Below are positions 38,487 through 46,788 of a stretch of DNA of 64,000 nt, in pieces. Within the stretch, counting starts at the first letter, position 1. Each line of letters begins with the position of its first letter. Position numbers and translations under genes: made by a program. Source of the DNA: Gammaproteobacteria bacterium (GTDB lineage Bacteria > Pseudomonadota > Gammaproteobacteria > Xanthomonadales > Marinicellaceae); contig JAWLAO010000009.1 in assembly GCA_041395445.1 (NCBI GenBank), forward strand, positions 6,150 through 70,149, written 5' to 3'. The notes beneath the pieces were generated by a model. The model was not told where the DNA came from and ran no database searches. It saw only the letters and a list, made by a program, of their open reading frames with translations.

Positions 38487-40106
38487 ATGAGTCATACTAC
38501 AACTTTAGATCACGAACACGACCATGACCACAAACCCAAAGGTTTTGTAAACAGATGGTTAATGACAACAAACCATAAAGATATCGGTACTCTTTATCTG
38601 GTTTTCGCACTGATTATGTTCATTGCCGGCGGTGCGTTGGCGATGATTATTCGTCTTGAATTGTTCCAACCCGGATTGCAATTTGTTGAGCCTGATTTCT
38701 TCAACCAGCTAACAACCATGCATGCATTGATAATGGTATTTGGTGCTGTAATGCCTGCTTTCGTTGGTTTTGCTAACTGGATGATTCCAATGATGATTGG
38801 CGCTCCTGACATGGCATTGCCAAGAATGAATAACTGGTCATTCTGGATTTTACCTTTTGCTTTTATTATGCTGGGTTCTACCTTCTTTATGGATGGCGGT
38901 GCTCCTGCTGCAGGTTGGACACTATATCCTCCTCTGGTTTTACAAGGTGGTAAAAATCTGGCATTTGCGGTATTTGCAATCCACATGATGGGTATTTCTT
39001 CAATCATGGGTGCAATTAACGTTATTGCTACAATCATGAACATGCGAGCTCCGAATATGGGCTACTTGAAAATGCCATTGTTTGTATGGACATGGTTGAT
39101 CACTGCTTTCTTGTTGATTGCTGTTATGCCTGTATTTGCGGGCGCAGTAACCATGCTGTTAACTGATCACTATTTCGGTACAACATTCTTTAACGCTGCC
39201 GGTGGTGGTGATCCGGTCTTATTCCAGCATATTTTCTGGTTCTTCGGACATCCTGAAGTTTATATTATGATTCTTCCATCATTTGGAATCATCTCTGAAA
39301 TTATTCCTACTTTTGCTCGTAAGCCATTGTTTGGTTATGTTTCTATGGTTTATGCATCAGCAGCAATTGCATTCTTGTCATTCATCGTTTGGGCTCACCA
39401 CATGTTTAGTGTTGGTATGCCATTTGGTGCAGAATTGTACTTCATGTATGCAACTATGCTGATTTCGATTCCGACAGGAGTCAAAGTATTCAACTGGGTT
39501 GCAACCATGTGGAAAGGGGCGATGACATTTGAAACACCAATGTTGTTTGCGATAGCATTTGTAATTCTATTCACCATTGGTGGTTTCTCTGGATTGATGA
39601 TGTCAATTGCTCCGGCTGATTTCCAGTATCATGATACCTACTTCATTGTTGCACACTTCCACTACGTTCTGGTAACAGGTGCAGTATTTGCAATTATCGG
39701 CGGAGTCTATTACTGGATTCCAAAATGGACTGGTAACATGTACTCAGAAAGACTAGGGAAAATCCATTTCTGGTGGTCAACAATTTCTGTCAATGTTCTG
39801 TTCTTCCCGCAACATTTCTTAGGTTTAGCTGGAATGCCAAGACGTATTCCTGATTATTCAACTCAATTTACTGAGTTTAACATGTGGTCAAGTATTGGTG
39901 GATTCGCTTTTGGTTTGGCACAAGTCTTCTTCTGCATTATTGTTTGGAGAACTGTCAAAGGTAAAGGCACCACAAAAGCAACAGACAGAGTTTGGGATAG
40001 TGCAAAAGGTTTAGAATGGTTTGTACCATCTCCGGCTCCTCATCACACTTTCCAGGATGGAGCACCTGTTAAAGATGAACAATTAGCGCACGTTTCATCA
40101 CACTAA
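38487..40106 (+). CDS. coxA: Cytochrome c oxidase subunit I
   Basis: GHPEVYI and WAHHMF motifs. The ATG at 38487 follows GAGGG; the ORF-track start 38472 is a TTG. Confidence 0.95.
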   Translation: MSHTTTLDHEHDHDHKPKGFVNRWLMTTNHKDIGTLYLVFALIMFIAGGALAMIIRLELFQPGLQFVEPDFFNQLTTMHALIMVFGAVMPAFVGFANWMIPMMIGAPDMALPRMNNWSFWILPFAFIMLGSTFFMDGGAPAAGWTLYPPLVLQGGKNLAFAVFAIHMMGISSIMGAINVIATIMNMRAPNMGYLKMPLFVWTWLITAFLLIAVMPVFAGAVTMLLTDHYFGTTFFNAAGGGDPVLFQHIFWFFGHPEVYIMILPSFGIISEIIPTFARKPLFGYVSMVYASAAIAFLSFIVWAHHMFSVGMPFGAELYFMYATMLISIPTGVKVFNWVATMWKGAMTFETPMLFAIAFVILFTIGGFSGLMMSIAPADFQYHDTYFIVAHFHYVLVTGAVFAIIGGVYYWIPKWTGNMYSERLGKIHFWWSTISVNVLFFPQHFLGLAGMPRRIPDYSTQFTEFNMWSSIGGFAFGLAQVFFCIIVWRTVKGKGTTKATDRVWDSAKGLEWFVPSPAPHHTFQDGAPVKDEQLAHVSSH

Positions 40107-40113
40107 TACAGAT

Positions 40114-40227
40114 ATGTCCAATAACGATATCGAGCAAAGAAGAAAAGCAGCCCGACGCACAGCGTTAGGGTTGCTTGTGTTTGCGATAGCAATGTTTTCG
40201 GCTTTTTATATGCTGAACTTTAGATAA
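40114..40227 (+). CDS. 37-aa single-TM protein, candidate cytochrome oxidase small assembly protein (not in the ORF track)
   Basis: MSNNDIEQRRKAARRTALGLLVFAIAMFSAFYMLNFR*. It fills the coxA-cox11 gap: its start is 8 nt after the coxA stop and its stop is 2 nt before the cox11 ATG. It has a basic N-terminus followed by a TM helix. Confidence 0.55.
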   Translation: MSNNDIEQRRKAARRTALGLLVFAIAMFSAFYMLNFR

Positions 40228-40229
40228 TT

Positions 40230-40757
40230 ATGAATAAAACGGTTTTAAAAACAACAATCGTATCAGTCCTGATGTTCGGATTTGCATTTGCTTTAGTTCC
40301 GCTCTATGACACTTTCTGCGAGCTCACCGGCTTGAATGGCAAAACCGGAGATCCTGTGGCTGAAGATATTATCAAAAAACAGGTTGTTGATGAAAATCGT
40401 GAAATCACTGTTCAGTTTGATGCCAATGTCAACTCACAACTTAACTGGGAATTCCGACCCACTGAATTCAATATGAAAGTTGTGCCTGGTAAGTTGTATA
40501 AAACTGAATATTACGCAAAAAATTTATCAAAAAAGAGAGCCATTACCGGCAGAGCCACCTATAGCGTTGCTCCGGGTAAAGCCTCTTTATATTTTAACAA
40601 AACAGAATGTTTCTGTTTTACCGAACAAACTTTAGAACCACAGGAAGAAGTATTAATGCCTGTGACTTTCATTGTAGATTCGAATTTACGAGAAGACGTC
40701 GATATCATGACGTTGTCTTATACTTTTTATGAATTTGATTCAAAAAACAAAATTTAG
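40230..40757 (+). CDS. ctaG: Cytochrome c oxidase assembly protein Cox11/CtaG
   Basis: N-terminal TM anchor and the copper-binding CFCF motif (TECFCFTEQ). Confidence 0.9.
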   Translation: MNKTVLKTTIVSVLMFGFAFALVPLYDTFCELTGLNGKTGDPVAEDIIKKQVVDENREITVQFDANVNSQLNWEFRPTEFNMKVVPGKLYKTEYYAKNLSKKRAITGRATYSVAPGKASLYFNKTECFCFTEQTLEPQEEVLMPVTFIVDSNLREDVDIMTLSYTFYEFDSKNKI

Positions 40758-40771
40758 AAACGAGGGGTAAA

Positions 40772-41644
40772 ATGTCAAATACAAATACTGAACAATATTT
40801 TGTGCCACATAAAGCACGTTGGCCGATTGTCGGCTCAATTGGCATGACATTAACAGCAGTCGGTGCTGCTACTTTCATGAACAGCTCATCTTCACATACT
40901 CCAGTATTGATGTACCTTGGTTTTGCAGTCATTATTTTTATGATGTTTGGCTGGTTTGGTGAAGTTGTCAAAGAATCTGAAAGTCAAATGTATAACGAAC
41001 AAGTTGATACATCATTCAGAATGGGAATGGTGTGGTTTATCTTCTCAGAAGTGATGTTCTTTGCATGTTTCTTTGGCGCACTCTGGTATGTTAGAAATTT
41101 TGCAGTGCCTTGGCTTGGTGGCGAAGGAACCGGTTCTTGGACAAATAATGAAATTTGGTCCGGTTATGAAGGTGTTTGGCCAACAAACGGTCCTGCAAAT
41201 GTTGGTGGTGAATTTGAACTAATCGACCCTTACCACTTGCCTTTAATTAATACCATTTTACTGATGGCGAGTTCCATCACTTTAACAATCGCTCACCATG
41301 CCTTGATTAAAGGACTTCGTAAGAAAACAATCGGTTGGTTGATTGCAACGGTTATTCTTGGTGCGACATTCTTGTTCTATCAAGCTGAAGAGTATATTGA
41401 AGCCTATCAACATCTTGGTTTGACATTAGGTTCAGGAATTTATGGCTCAACATTCTTTATGCTCACCGGCTTCCACGGTATGCATGTAACATTAGGCGCA
41501 ATTATGTTGACTGTTATCACCATTCGTATGATAAAAGGTCATTTCAAGCCGGACAGCCATTTTGGTTTTGAAGCGGTGGCATGGTACTGGCACTTTGTTG
41601 ATGTTGTATGGATTGGCTTGTTTATATTTGTTTATATCATGTAA
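40772..41644 (+). CDS. coxC: Cytochrome c oxidase subunit III
   Basis: Seven-TM pattern with FHGMHV and AVAWYWHFVDVVW motifs. Confidence 0.95.
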   Translation: MSNTNTEQYFVPHKARWPIVGSIGMTLTAVGAATFMNSSSSHTPVLMYLGFAVIIFMMFGWFGEVVKESESQMYNEQVDTSFRMGMVWFIFSEVMFFACFFGALWYVRNFAVPWLGGEGTGSWTNNEIWSGYEGVWPTNGPANVGGEFELIDPYHLPLINTILLMASSITLTIAHHALIKGLRKKTIGWLIATVILGATFLFYQAEEYIEAYQHLGLTLGSGIYGSTFFMLTGFHGMHVTLGAIMLTVITIRMIKGHFKPDSHFGFEAVAWYWHFVDVVWIGLFIFVYIM

Positions 41645-41670
41645 TTTAAACATAATCACCCTATTTAAAA

Positions 41671-41698
41671 AACGCTCTGACAACAGGGCGTTTTTTTT
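41671..41698 (+). terminator. Rho-independent terminator of the cox operon
   Basis: AACGCTCTG-ACAA-CAGGGCGTT (one G-U pair) followed by a T-run. Confidence 0.8.
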
Positions 41699-41875
41699 GA
41701 TATTCTAAAAAATCAGACACCTTATATAAGCACTCTCTAATTAGTCTTTTGCCAATCATTCTGGTATAATCCGCAGCGAATTTTTTTGGTGTTTTTTAAA
41801 AAATCAAACAAAAGTATAATTGCACAAAAGATTACAATACCGACAATATTAACCACTGGCAAGTAAAATAATATC

Positions 41876-42763
41876 ATGACAAAGACAATACAATCCGCCG
41901 GATTAAAATTCAGAGAAGCTGTCAACAATAACAAACCGCTTCCGGTTGTTGGAACTATTACCGCCCTCACCGCTTTGATGGCAGAACAAACTGGTCATAA
42001 AGCCATTTATTTATCCGGTGGCGGAGTGGCTGCCAACTCTTTGGGAATGCCGGATTTGGGAATCAGCTCATTGGAAGATGTGTTGACTGATGTCAGAAGA
42101 ATTACAGATGTTTGTTCCTTACCGTTGTTAATTGATATCGATACCGGTTGGGGAGGAGCTTTCAATATAGCCCGAACCACACGAAGTGTGATTAAAGCCG
42201 GAGCAGCGGCCATGCACATGGAAGATCAGGTCTCGCAAAAGCGTTGCGGACACCGCCCTAATAAAGAAGTTGTCACTAAAGAAGAAATGGTTGACCGTAT
42301 CAAAGCAGCTGTTGATGCCAGAACGGATGATAATTTCGTGATTATGGCTCGTACTGATGCTTTAGCGGTTGAAGGTTTAGATTCAGCCATTGAACGAATG
42401 AACGCTTATGTGGAAGCCGGAGCAGACATGCTTTTCCCCGAAGCCGTTCAATCATTAGAGCAATATCAAAAAATCAAAGCCTCTGTGAATGTTCCGATTC
42501 TGGCGAATATCACCGAATTCGGTAAAACCGAACTCTATTCGCAATCCGAACTAGCACAGCATGGTGTCGATATCGTGCTTTATTGTTGTTCCGCTTATCG
42601 TGCGATGAATAAAGCCGCACAAACGGTTTACCAAGCGATACTCAAAGACGGGCATCAACGCAATGTCGTGGAAATTATGCAACCCAGAGAAGACATGTAT
42701 CAATTTCTGGGCTATCACAAATACGAACAAAAACTCGATGAATTATTCTCAAAAGACAAATAA
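41876..42763 (+). CDS. prpB: 2-methylisocitrate lyase
   Basis: N-terminus [29 protein letters not shown], and the catalytic loop KRCGH. Confidence 0.95.
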   Translation: MTKTIQSAGLKFREAVNNNKPLPVVGTITALTALMAEQTGHKAIYLSGGGVAANSLGMPDLGISSLEDVLTDVRRITDVCSLPLLIDIDTGWGGAFNIARTTRSVIKAGAAAMHMEDQVSQKRCGHRPNKEVVTKEEMVDRIKAAVDARTDDNFVIMARTDALAVEGLDSAIERMNAYVEAGADMLFPEAVQSLEQYQKIKASVNVPILANITEFGKTELYSQSELAQHGVDIVLYCCSAYRAMNKAAQTVYQAILKDGHQRNVVEIMQPREDMYQFLGYHKYEQKLDELFSKDK

Positions 42764-42774
42764 GGAGAAAACAA

Positions 42775-43902
42775 ATGGCAGGTAAGAAAAAAGTTGGCGG
42801 AGCAGGTCTTCGCGGACAATCAGCTGGTGAAACCAAACTCTGTACGGTTGGTGTTTCCGGTTCCGGTTTAACCTACAACGGTTATGACGTTTCAGATTTA
42901 GCTGAAAACACCACATTTTATGAAACCGCTTATCTGATATTTCACGGAGAACTTCCTAATCAACAGCAATTGGATAAATATGCTGCAAAAATCAAAGCCA
43001 ATCGTGGTTTACCGGAAGAAGTGAAGAAAACCTTGGAAATGATTCCAAAAAGCACACATCCGATGGATGTCATGCGCACCGGTTGTTCCATGCTTGGTAA
43101 CATCGAACCGGAAACAGATTTCTCCCAACAACAAGATGCCGCCGACAGACTTTTAGGAGCTTTTCCTTCAATTATCTGTTACTGGTACAAATTTAGCCAC
43201 GAAGGTGTTCGTATCGAAACAGAAACCGATGATGATTCAATCGGCGGGCATTTCTTACACATGCTTCATGGCAAAAAGCCAAGTGACTTACATGCTCGTG
43301 TAATGGATGTTTCACTAATTCTATATGCCGAGCATGAATTCAATGCTTCAACATTCACAGGTCGTGTGGTTGCTTCCACATTATCTGATATGTATTCCTG
43401 TGTGACTGCTGCGGTCGGAGCCTTACGAGGACCTTTACACGGCGGAGCTAATGAAGCCGCTATGGCAATGCTATCACAATGGAAATCTGTTGATGAAGCC
43501 ATTGCCGGAATTGACGAGATGCTCGCAACAAAACAACTCATCATGGGATTTGGACATGCGGTTTACACCGAATCCGACCCAAGAAATGCTCTAATCAAAC
43601 GCTGGAGTAAAGAACTCTCCGAAGAGGTTGGTGACGAATGCCTATACGATGTCAGCTGTGCCGTTGAGAAGAAAATGTGGGATGAAAAACGCATCTTCCC
43701 TAACGCTGACTTCTTTCACGCCTCCGCCTATCATTTCATGGATATTCCAACCAAACTGTTTACTCCAATCTTTGTCTGCTCAAGAATCACCGGCTGGGCA
43801 GCACACGTAATGGAACAACGCGCTAACAACCGCATTATCAGACCAAATGCCGATTATGTCGGAGTTGGACCAAGAAAAGTTGTGCCGATCAGCGAAAGAT
43901 AG
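42775..43902 (+). CDS. prpC: 2-methylcitrate synthase
   Basis: Citrate-synthase family with GFGHAVY, GPLHGGANE and a 375-aa length. Located next to prpB. Confidence 0.95.
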   Translation: MAGKKKVGGAGLRGQSAGETKLCTVGVSGSGLTYNGYDVSDLAENTTFYETAYLIFHGELPNQQQLDKYAAKIKANRGLPEEVKKTLEMIPKSTHPMDVMRTGCSMLGNIEPETDFSQQQDAADRLLGAFPSIICYWYKFSHEGVRIETETDDDSIGGHFLHMLHGKKPSDLHARVMDVSLILYAEHEFNASTFTGRVVASTLSDMYSCVTAAVGALRGPLHGGANEAAMAMLSQWKSVDEAIAGIDEMLATKQLIMGFGHAVYTESDPRNALIKRWSKELSEEVGDECLYDVSCAVEKKMWDEKRIFPNADFFHASAYHFMDIPTKLFTPIFVCSRITGWAAHVMEQRANNRIIRPNADYVGVGPRKVVPISER

Positions 43903-43933
43903 TTCCGAAAGTTCAGACTTTGAAAAACTGCAT

Positions 43934-43961
43934 AGGCACGGTTTAATATCGTGCCTTTTTG
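43934..43961 (+). terminator. Rho-independent terminator after prpC
   Basis: AGGCACG-GTTTAATAT-CGTGCCT followed by TTTTT. Confidence 0.8.
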
Positions 43962-43970
43962 TTTGTTAAG

Positions 43971-44011
43971 GAACACAGAGTTTCACAGAGAAGACACGGA
44001 GTTACACAGAG
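43971..44011 (+). repeat. Four tandem ~10-nt repeats with core CACAGAG
   Basis: gaaCACAGAG / tttCACAGAG / aagaCACGGAG / ttaCACAGAG, read directly. Confidence 0.85.
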
Positions 44012-44103
44012 ATAATTTATTGTCTTCCTGAGCTGATACTTAGAACAAGCTGAAAGCAAAAATACCTACTTTTCGTTTCCATCACGAAGTTTAAAATATT
44101 AAA

Positions 44104-44130
44104 ACCCTCATGTCCTTTATGAACTTCATG
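44104..44130 (-). repeat. Three tandem ~9-nt repeats with core CATGAAG/CATAAAG/CATGAGG (minus-strand reading)
   Basis: The plus strand reads ccCTCATG tcCTTTATG aaCTTCATG. This array is in inverted orientation relative to the array at 43971-44011. Confidence 0.6.
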
Positions 44131-44168
44131 GTTAATTTTCTTTTCATAAATAATCTATATTTTAACTA

Positions 44169-44957
44169 TCAAATTAACCCTGAGATTAACCCCAAAGCGA
44201 CTAGCAACAAAAAGGTAGAAACAAAAAAATGCACCGATTGAATGGTGACTTTTTTCAAAAGTATTCGTCCCAGATAAGCACCGATAAATGCTGAGAAACA
44301 AGCTGTAATAACCAATATCCAGTCGATTTGCGATTGTGTTTTTATAATGCTTTTGCCATAAACCGATAGTCGGGTGATATCAACCATAATCGCTACCATC
44401 ACTCCGGTCGCAATAAATTGCTCTTTGGTTAATCCTGATTTGATTAGAAACATACTGCGGAACGCTCCCTGATTGCCTGTTAATCCACCAAAGAAACCAC
44501 TGATAATTCCACCGATTGGCAGATATTTTTTATCAAAAGACAATCTGGAAAAAGCAGGAATCAATTCCAGAACCACAAAAATCAAAATTAGCCATCCAAT
44601 GATAAATTGAAACAAACTGGTATCAAACGAATGTTGAAAAATCGTATAACCAACATGGAGATTGCTTTCCGCCAAGCCTTGTAATGCTTTTGCTCCTATG
44701 AAAGCAAAGACCAAAGCGGTTATTCCAAATCGTAGAAAGACCTGCCAGTTGACATGTTTGTAAAGCAATCCAATTTTGAAGAAATTATTTGCCAAATGGA
44801 CGATTGCAGTAATTCCGATGGCAATCTCCAGTGGAAAAAACAATGCCACCACCGGCATCAGCAATGTACCTAAACCGAAACCTGAAAAGAATGTTAAAGT
44901 GGAAGCTGCTAATGCAACAAGTGATATGATTACGATTTCCATATTATGGCAAACCAT
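44169..44957 (-). CDS. TauE/SafE (DUF81) family anion exporter-like membrane protein
   Basis: About 8 TM segments with two GxGxG-type motifs (FSGFGLGTLLMP, GFFGGLTGNQG). The start could be 44942 (MEIVIISL). Confidence 0.75.
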   Translation of the reverse strand: MVCHNMEIVIISLVALAASTLTFFSGFGLGTLLMPVVALFFPLEIAIGITAIVHLANNFFKIGLLYKHVNWQVFLRFGITALVFAFIGAKALQGLAESNLHVGYTIFQHSFDTSLFQFIIGWLILIFVVLELIPAFSRLSFDKKYLPIGGIISGFFGGLTGNQGAFRSMFLIKSGLTKEQFIATGVMVAIMVDITRLSVYGKSIIKTQSQIDWILVITACFSAFIGAYLGRILLKKVTIQSVHFFVSTFLLLVALGLISGLI

Positions 44958-44958
44958 A

Positions 44959-44995
44959 TGTCATTCTGACTAAGCGAAGCGCATGGAAGAATCTC
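44959..44995 (+). repeat. GTCAT-type short intergenic element
   Basis: TGTCATTCTGACTAAGCGAAGCGCATGGAAGAATCTC. The ATTCT/AGAAT arms flank a GCGAAGCG core. Confidence 0.6.
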
Positions 44996-45024
44996 ATGTG
45001 AGCCAAACTGAATTCCACTTTTTT

Positions 45025-45060
45025 GAGATATTTCCACTCACTTTGCTCGGTCAATATGGC
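45025..45060 (-). repeat. Second copy of the same element family, opposite orientation
   Basis: The minus strand reads GCCATATTGACCGAGCAAAGTGAGTGGAAATATCTC. The layout is the same: CAT..TGAC..AGC.AAG.G...GGAA.ATCTC. Confidence 0.5.
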
Positions 45061-45070
45061 AGTATTTTGA

Positions 45071-46243
45071 TTACAAAACATCAGGAATATGAACCGTTCC
45101 TTGCATCAGAATCCTTGCACTTCGGCTCATGCTGACTTTTTGAACTTTCCATTCGCCATCAATTTGTTCAACTTCAGCACCGACTTTGAGGGTTCCTGAG
45201 GGATGTCCAAATCTTACCGAGTCTCTTTGTCCAACTCCGGCTGCCTGATTCACCAAAGTCCCCGGAATTGCTGAAGCTGTGGCGATTGCTACCGCAGCTG
45301 TCCCCATCATAGCATGATGCAATAAACCCATAGACAAAGCGCGGACATTGAGATCAATATCATCAGTTGAGATTTTTTTTCCACTCGATGAAGTATAGTT
45401 TTTTGCCGGAGCGACAAATGCTACCTTCGGGGTGTGCTGACGACCGACGGCTTCTTCAACAGAACTAATCAAACCCATTTTCACCGCACCATAGGCACGA
45501 ATGGTTTCAAACATTTCCAAAGCCTTTTTATCTGAATTGATATCGCCTTGTAGTTCTGTTCCCAAATAATTGATATCTTCACCTTTCAAAAAAATGGTTG
45601 GTATTCCGGCAGTAATCATCGTCACTTCAAAAGTCCCTATTCCCGGAACTTCTAACGTATCAATCAAATTTCCGGTAGGAAATAACGCTTCATCACCGAC
45701 CGGATTGACAAAGTCAATTTTGACTTCAGCTGCCGGAAACGTCACTCCATCGAGCTCGAAATCTCCGGTTTCCTGAACCTGACCATCGGTCATAGGAACA
45801 TGAGCCAGAATGGTTTTTTTGATATTCGCTTGCCAGATTCGCACTACACAAATTCCGTTTTCTGGAATTCTATCCGCATCGACCAAACCGGATGCAATCG
45901 CAAACGAACCCACCGCGGCAGTCAGATTTCCACAGTTTCCACTCCAGTCCACAAAAGCACGATCAATCGCCACCTGACCGAACAGATAATCGACATCATG
46001 ACCCGGCTCACTACTTTTCGACAAAATCACCGTTTTGGAAGTACTAGAAGTCGCTCCACCCATACCATCAGTCTGTTTGCCATAAGGATCGGGACTACCA
46101 ATCACTCTCAGCAACATTCTGTCACGGGATTCTCCCGCAACTTGTGCCTTTTCGGGCAAATCTTTCAAATTAAAAAAAACTCCTTTGGAAGTTCCCCCGC
46201 GCATATAAGTCGCAGGAATTTTTATTTGTGGTTTGTGTTTCAT
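45071..46243 (-). CDS. prpF: 2-methylaconitate cis-trans isomerase PrpF
   Basis: N-terminus IPATYMRGGTSKGVFF and GNCGN, with a 390-aa length. Located downstream of acnD. Confidence 0.9.
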   Translation of the reverse strand: MKHKPQIKIPATYMRGGTSKGVFFNLKDLPEKAQVAGESRDRMLLRVIGSPDPYGKQTDGMGGATSSTSKTVILSKSSEPGHDVDYLFGQVAIDRAFVDWSGNCGNLTAAVGSFAIASGLVDADRIPENGICVVRIWQANIKKTILAHVPMTDGQVQETGDFELDGVTFPAAEVKIDFVNPVGDEALFPTGNLIDTLEVPGIGTFEVTMITAGIPTIFLKGEDINYLGTELQGDINSDKKALEMFETIRAYGAVKMGLISSVEEAVGRQHTPKVAFVAPAKNYTSSSGKKISTDDIDLNVRALSMGLLHHAMMGTAAVAIATASAIPGTLVNQAAGVGQRDSVRFGHPSGTLKVGAEVEQIDGEWKVQKVSMSRSARILMQGTVHIPDVL

Positions 46244-46252
46244 ATTTCTATA

Positions 46253-46678
46253 TTAATGCTTAATTGAATATTCTGAACTGTGGTTTACAACAAAATACTT
46301 AGATTTTAACTTTTCAGCAGTATCAATATTTTTGAATCGTCTGAGATGGACATACCATTCACGTTTAATCTCATCTAAGTAATCTGCATGGGATAAAAAA
46401 GCAAATCGAATTGTTTCATTTTGATATAGCTTATTTATATTATCTAATATTTTCCCATCATAGACATACCAGTAAGACCACGGAATACAGTCAGGATTTT
46501 CCTGACATTCTTCACTAATCGAAGTAAGTCCTGTGAAATCAGATTTTGTTACTTTTACCACAAGCAATAAATCATTCTCAGACAATTCAAAAAAACTTAA
46601 AATTTCAGGGTTAGGTCCAGAGTATCTATGTACACAACCGGATAGTATAAGTAATAAAAAAATTAATATTTTCTTCAT
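46253..46678 (-). CDS. Lipoprotein of unknown function, lying between acnD and prpF
   Basis: Lipobox LLILSGC after MKKILIFL. The stop is 9 nt before the prpF start. Confidence 0.65.
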   Translation of the reverse strand: MKKILIFLLLILSGCVHRYSGPNPEILSFFELSENDLLLVVKVTKSDFTGLTSISEECQENPDCIPWSYWYVYDGKILDNINKLYQNETIRFAFLSHADYLDEIKREWYVHLRRFKNIDTAEKLKSKYFVVNHSSEYSIKH

Positions 46679-46724
46679 ATCAAATTGGATTCAGAAGAGT
46701 GTTATTTTCTTCGTTGGCAAGGCA

Positions 46725-46777
46725 GGAGGGCGCAGTGTACATTTTGTACATGAGCACTCCTAACGCCGCATACGGGG
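46725..46777. repeat. Imperfect 16-bp-stem hairpin followed by a TAACGCCGC...GGGG motif
   Basis: GGAGGGCGCAGTGTAC-ATTTT-GTACATGAGCACTCC, then TAACGCCGCATACGGGG. The second motif recurs at 63979-63996 as TAACGCCGCGTTAAGGGG. Confidence 0.6.
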
Positions 46778-46788
46778 AAAAGAACTTC

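Noticed and set aside
38594-39043. 149-aa ORF antisense to coxA. Similar long antisense ORFs lie at 45800-46267 (prpF), 36817-37209 (putA), 30862-31266 (tolC), 24679-24987 (TonB receptor) and 47921-48226 (acnD)
   Set aside because: All lie entirely within well-supported conserved genes on the opposite strand. None has a recognisable motif. They are typical shadow ORFs.
41737-41970. 77-aa minus-strand ORF (or a 46-aa version from the ATG at 41877) between the cox terminator and prpB
   Set aside because: The long version overlaps the genuine prpB N-terminus. The short version would share its start-codon nucleotides with the prpB ATG (CATG at 41875-41878). It would also cover the only plausible prpB promoter, an extended -10 TGGTATAAT at 41762-41770. 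It is hydrophobic and could be a real small membrane protein, but I cannot support that from the sequence alone.
46533-46763. 76-aa plus-strand ORF running from inside the lipoprotein gene into the GC-rich hairpin
   Set aside because: It is antisense to a gene with a clear lipobox, and its C-terminus is simply the translated hairpin element.
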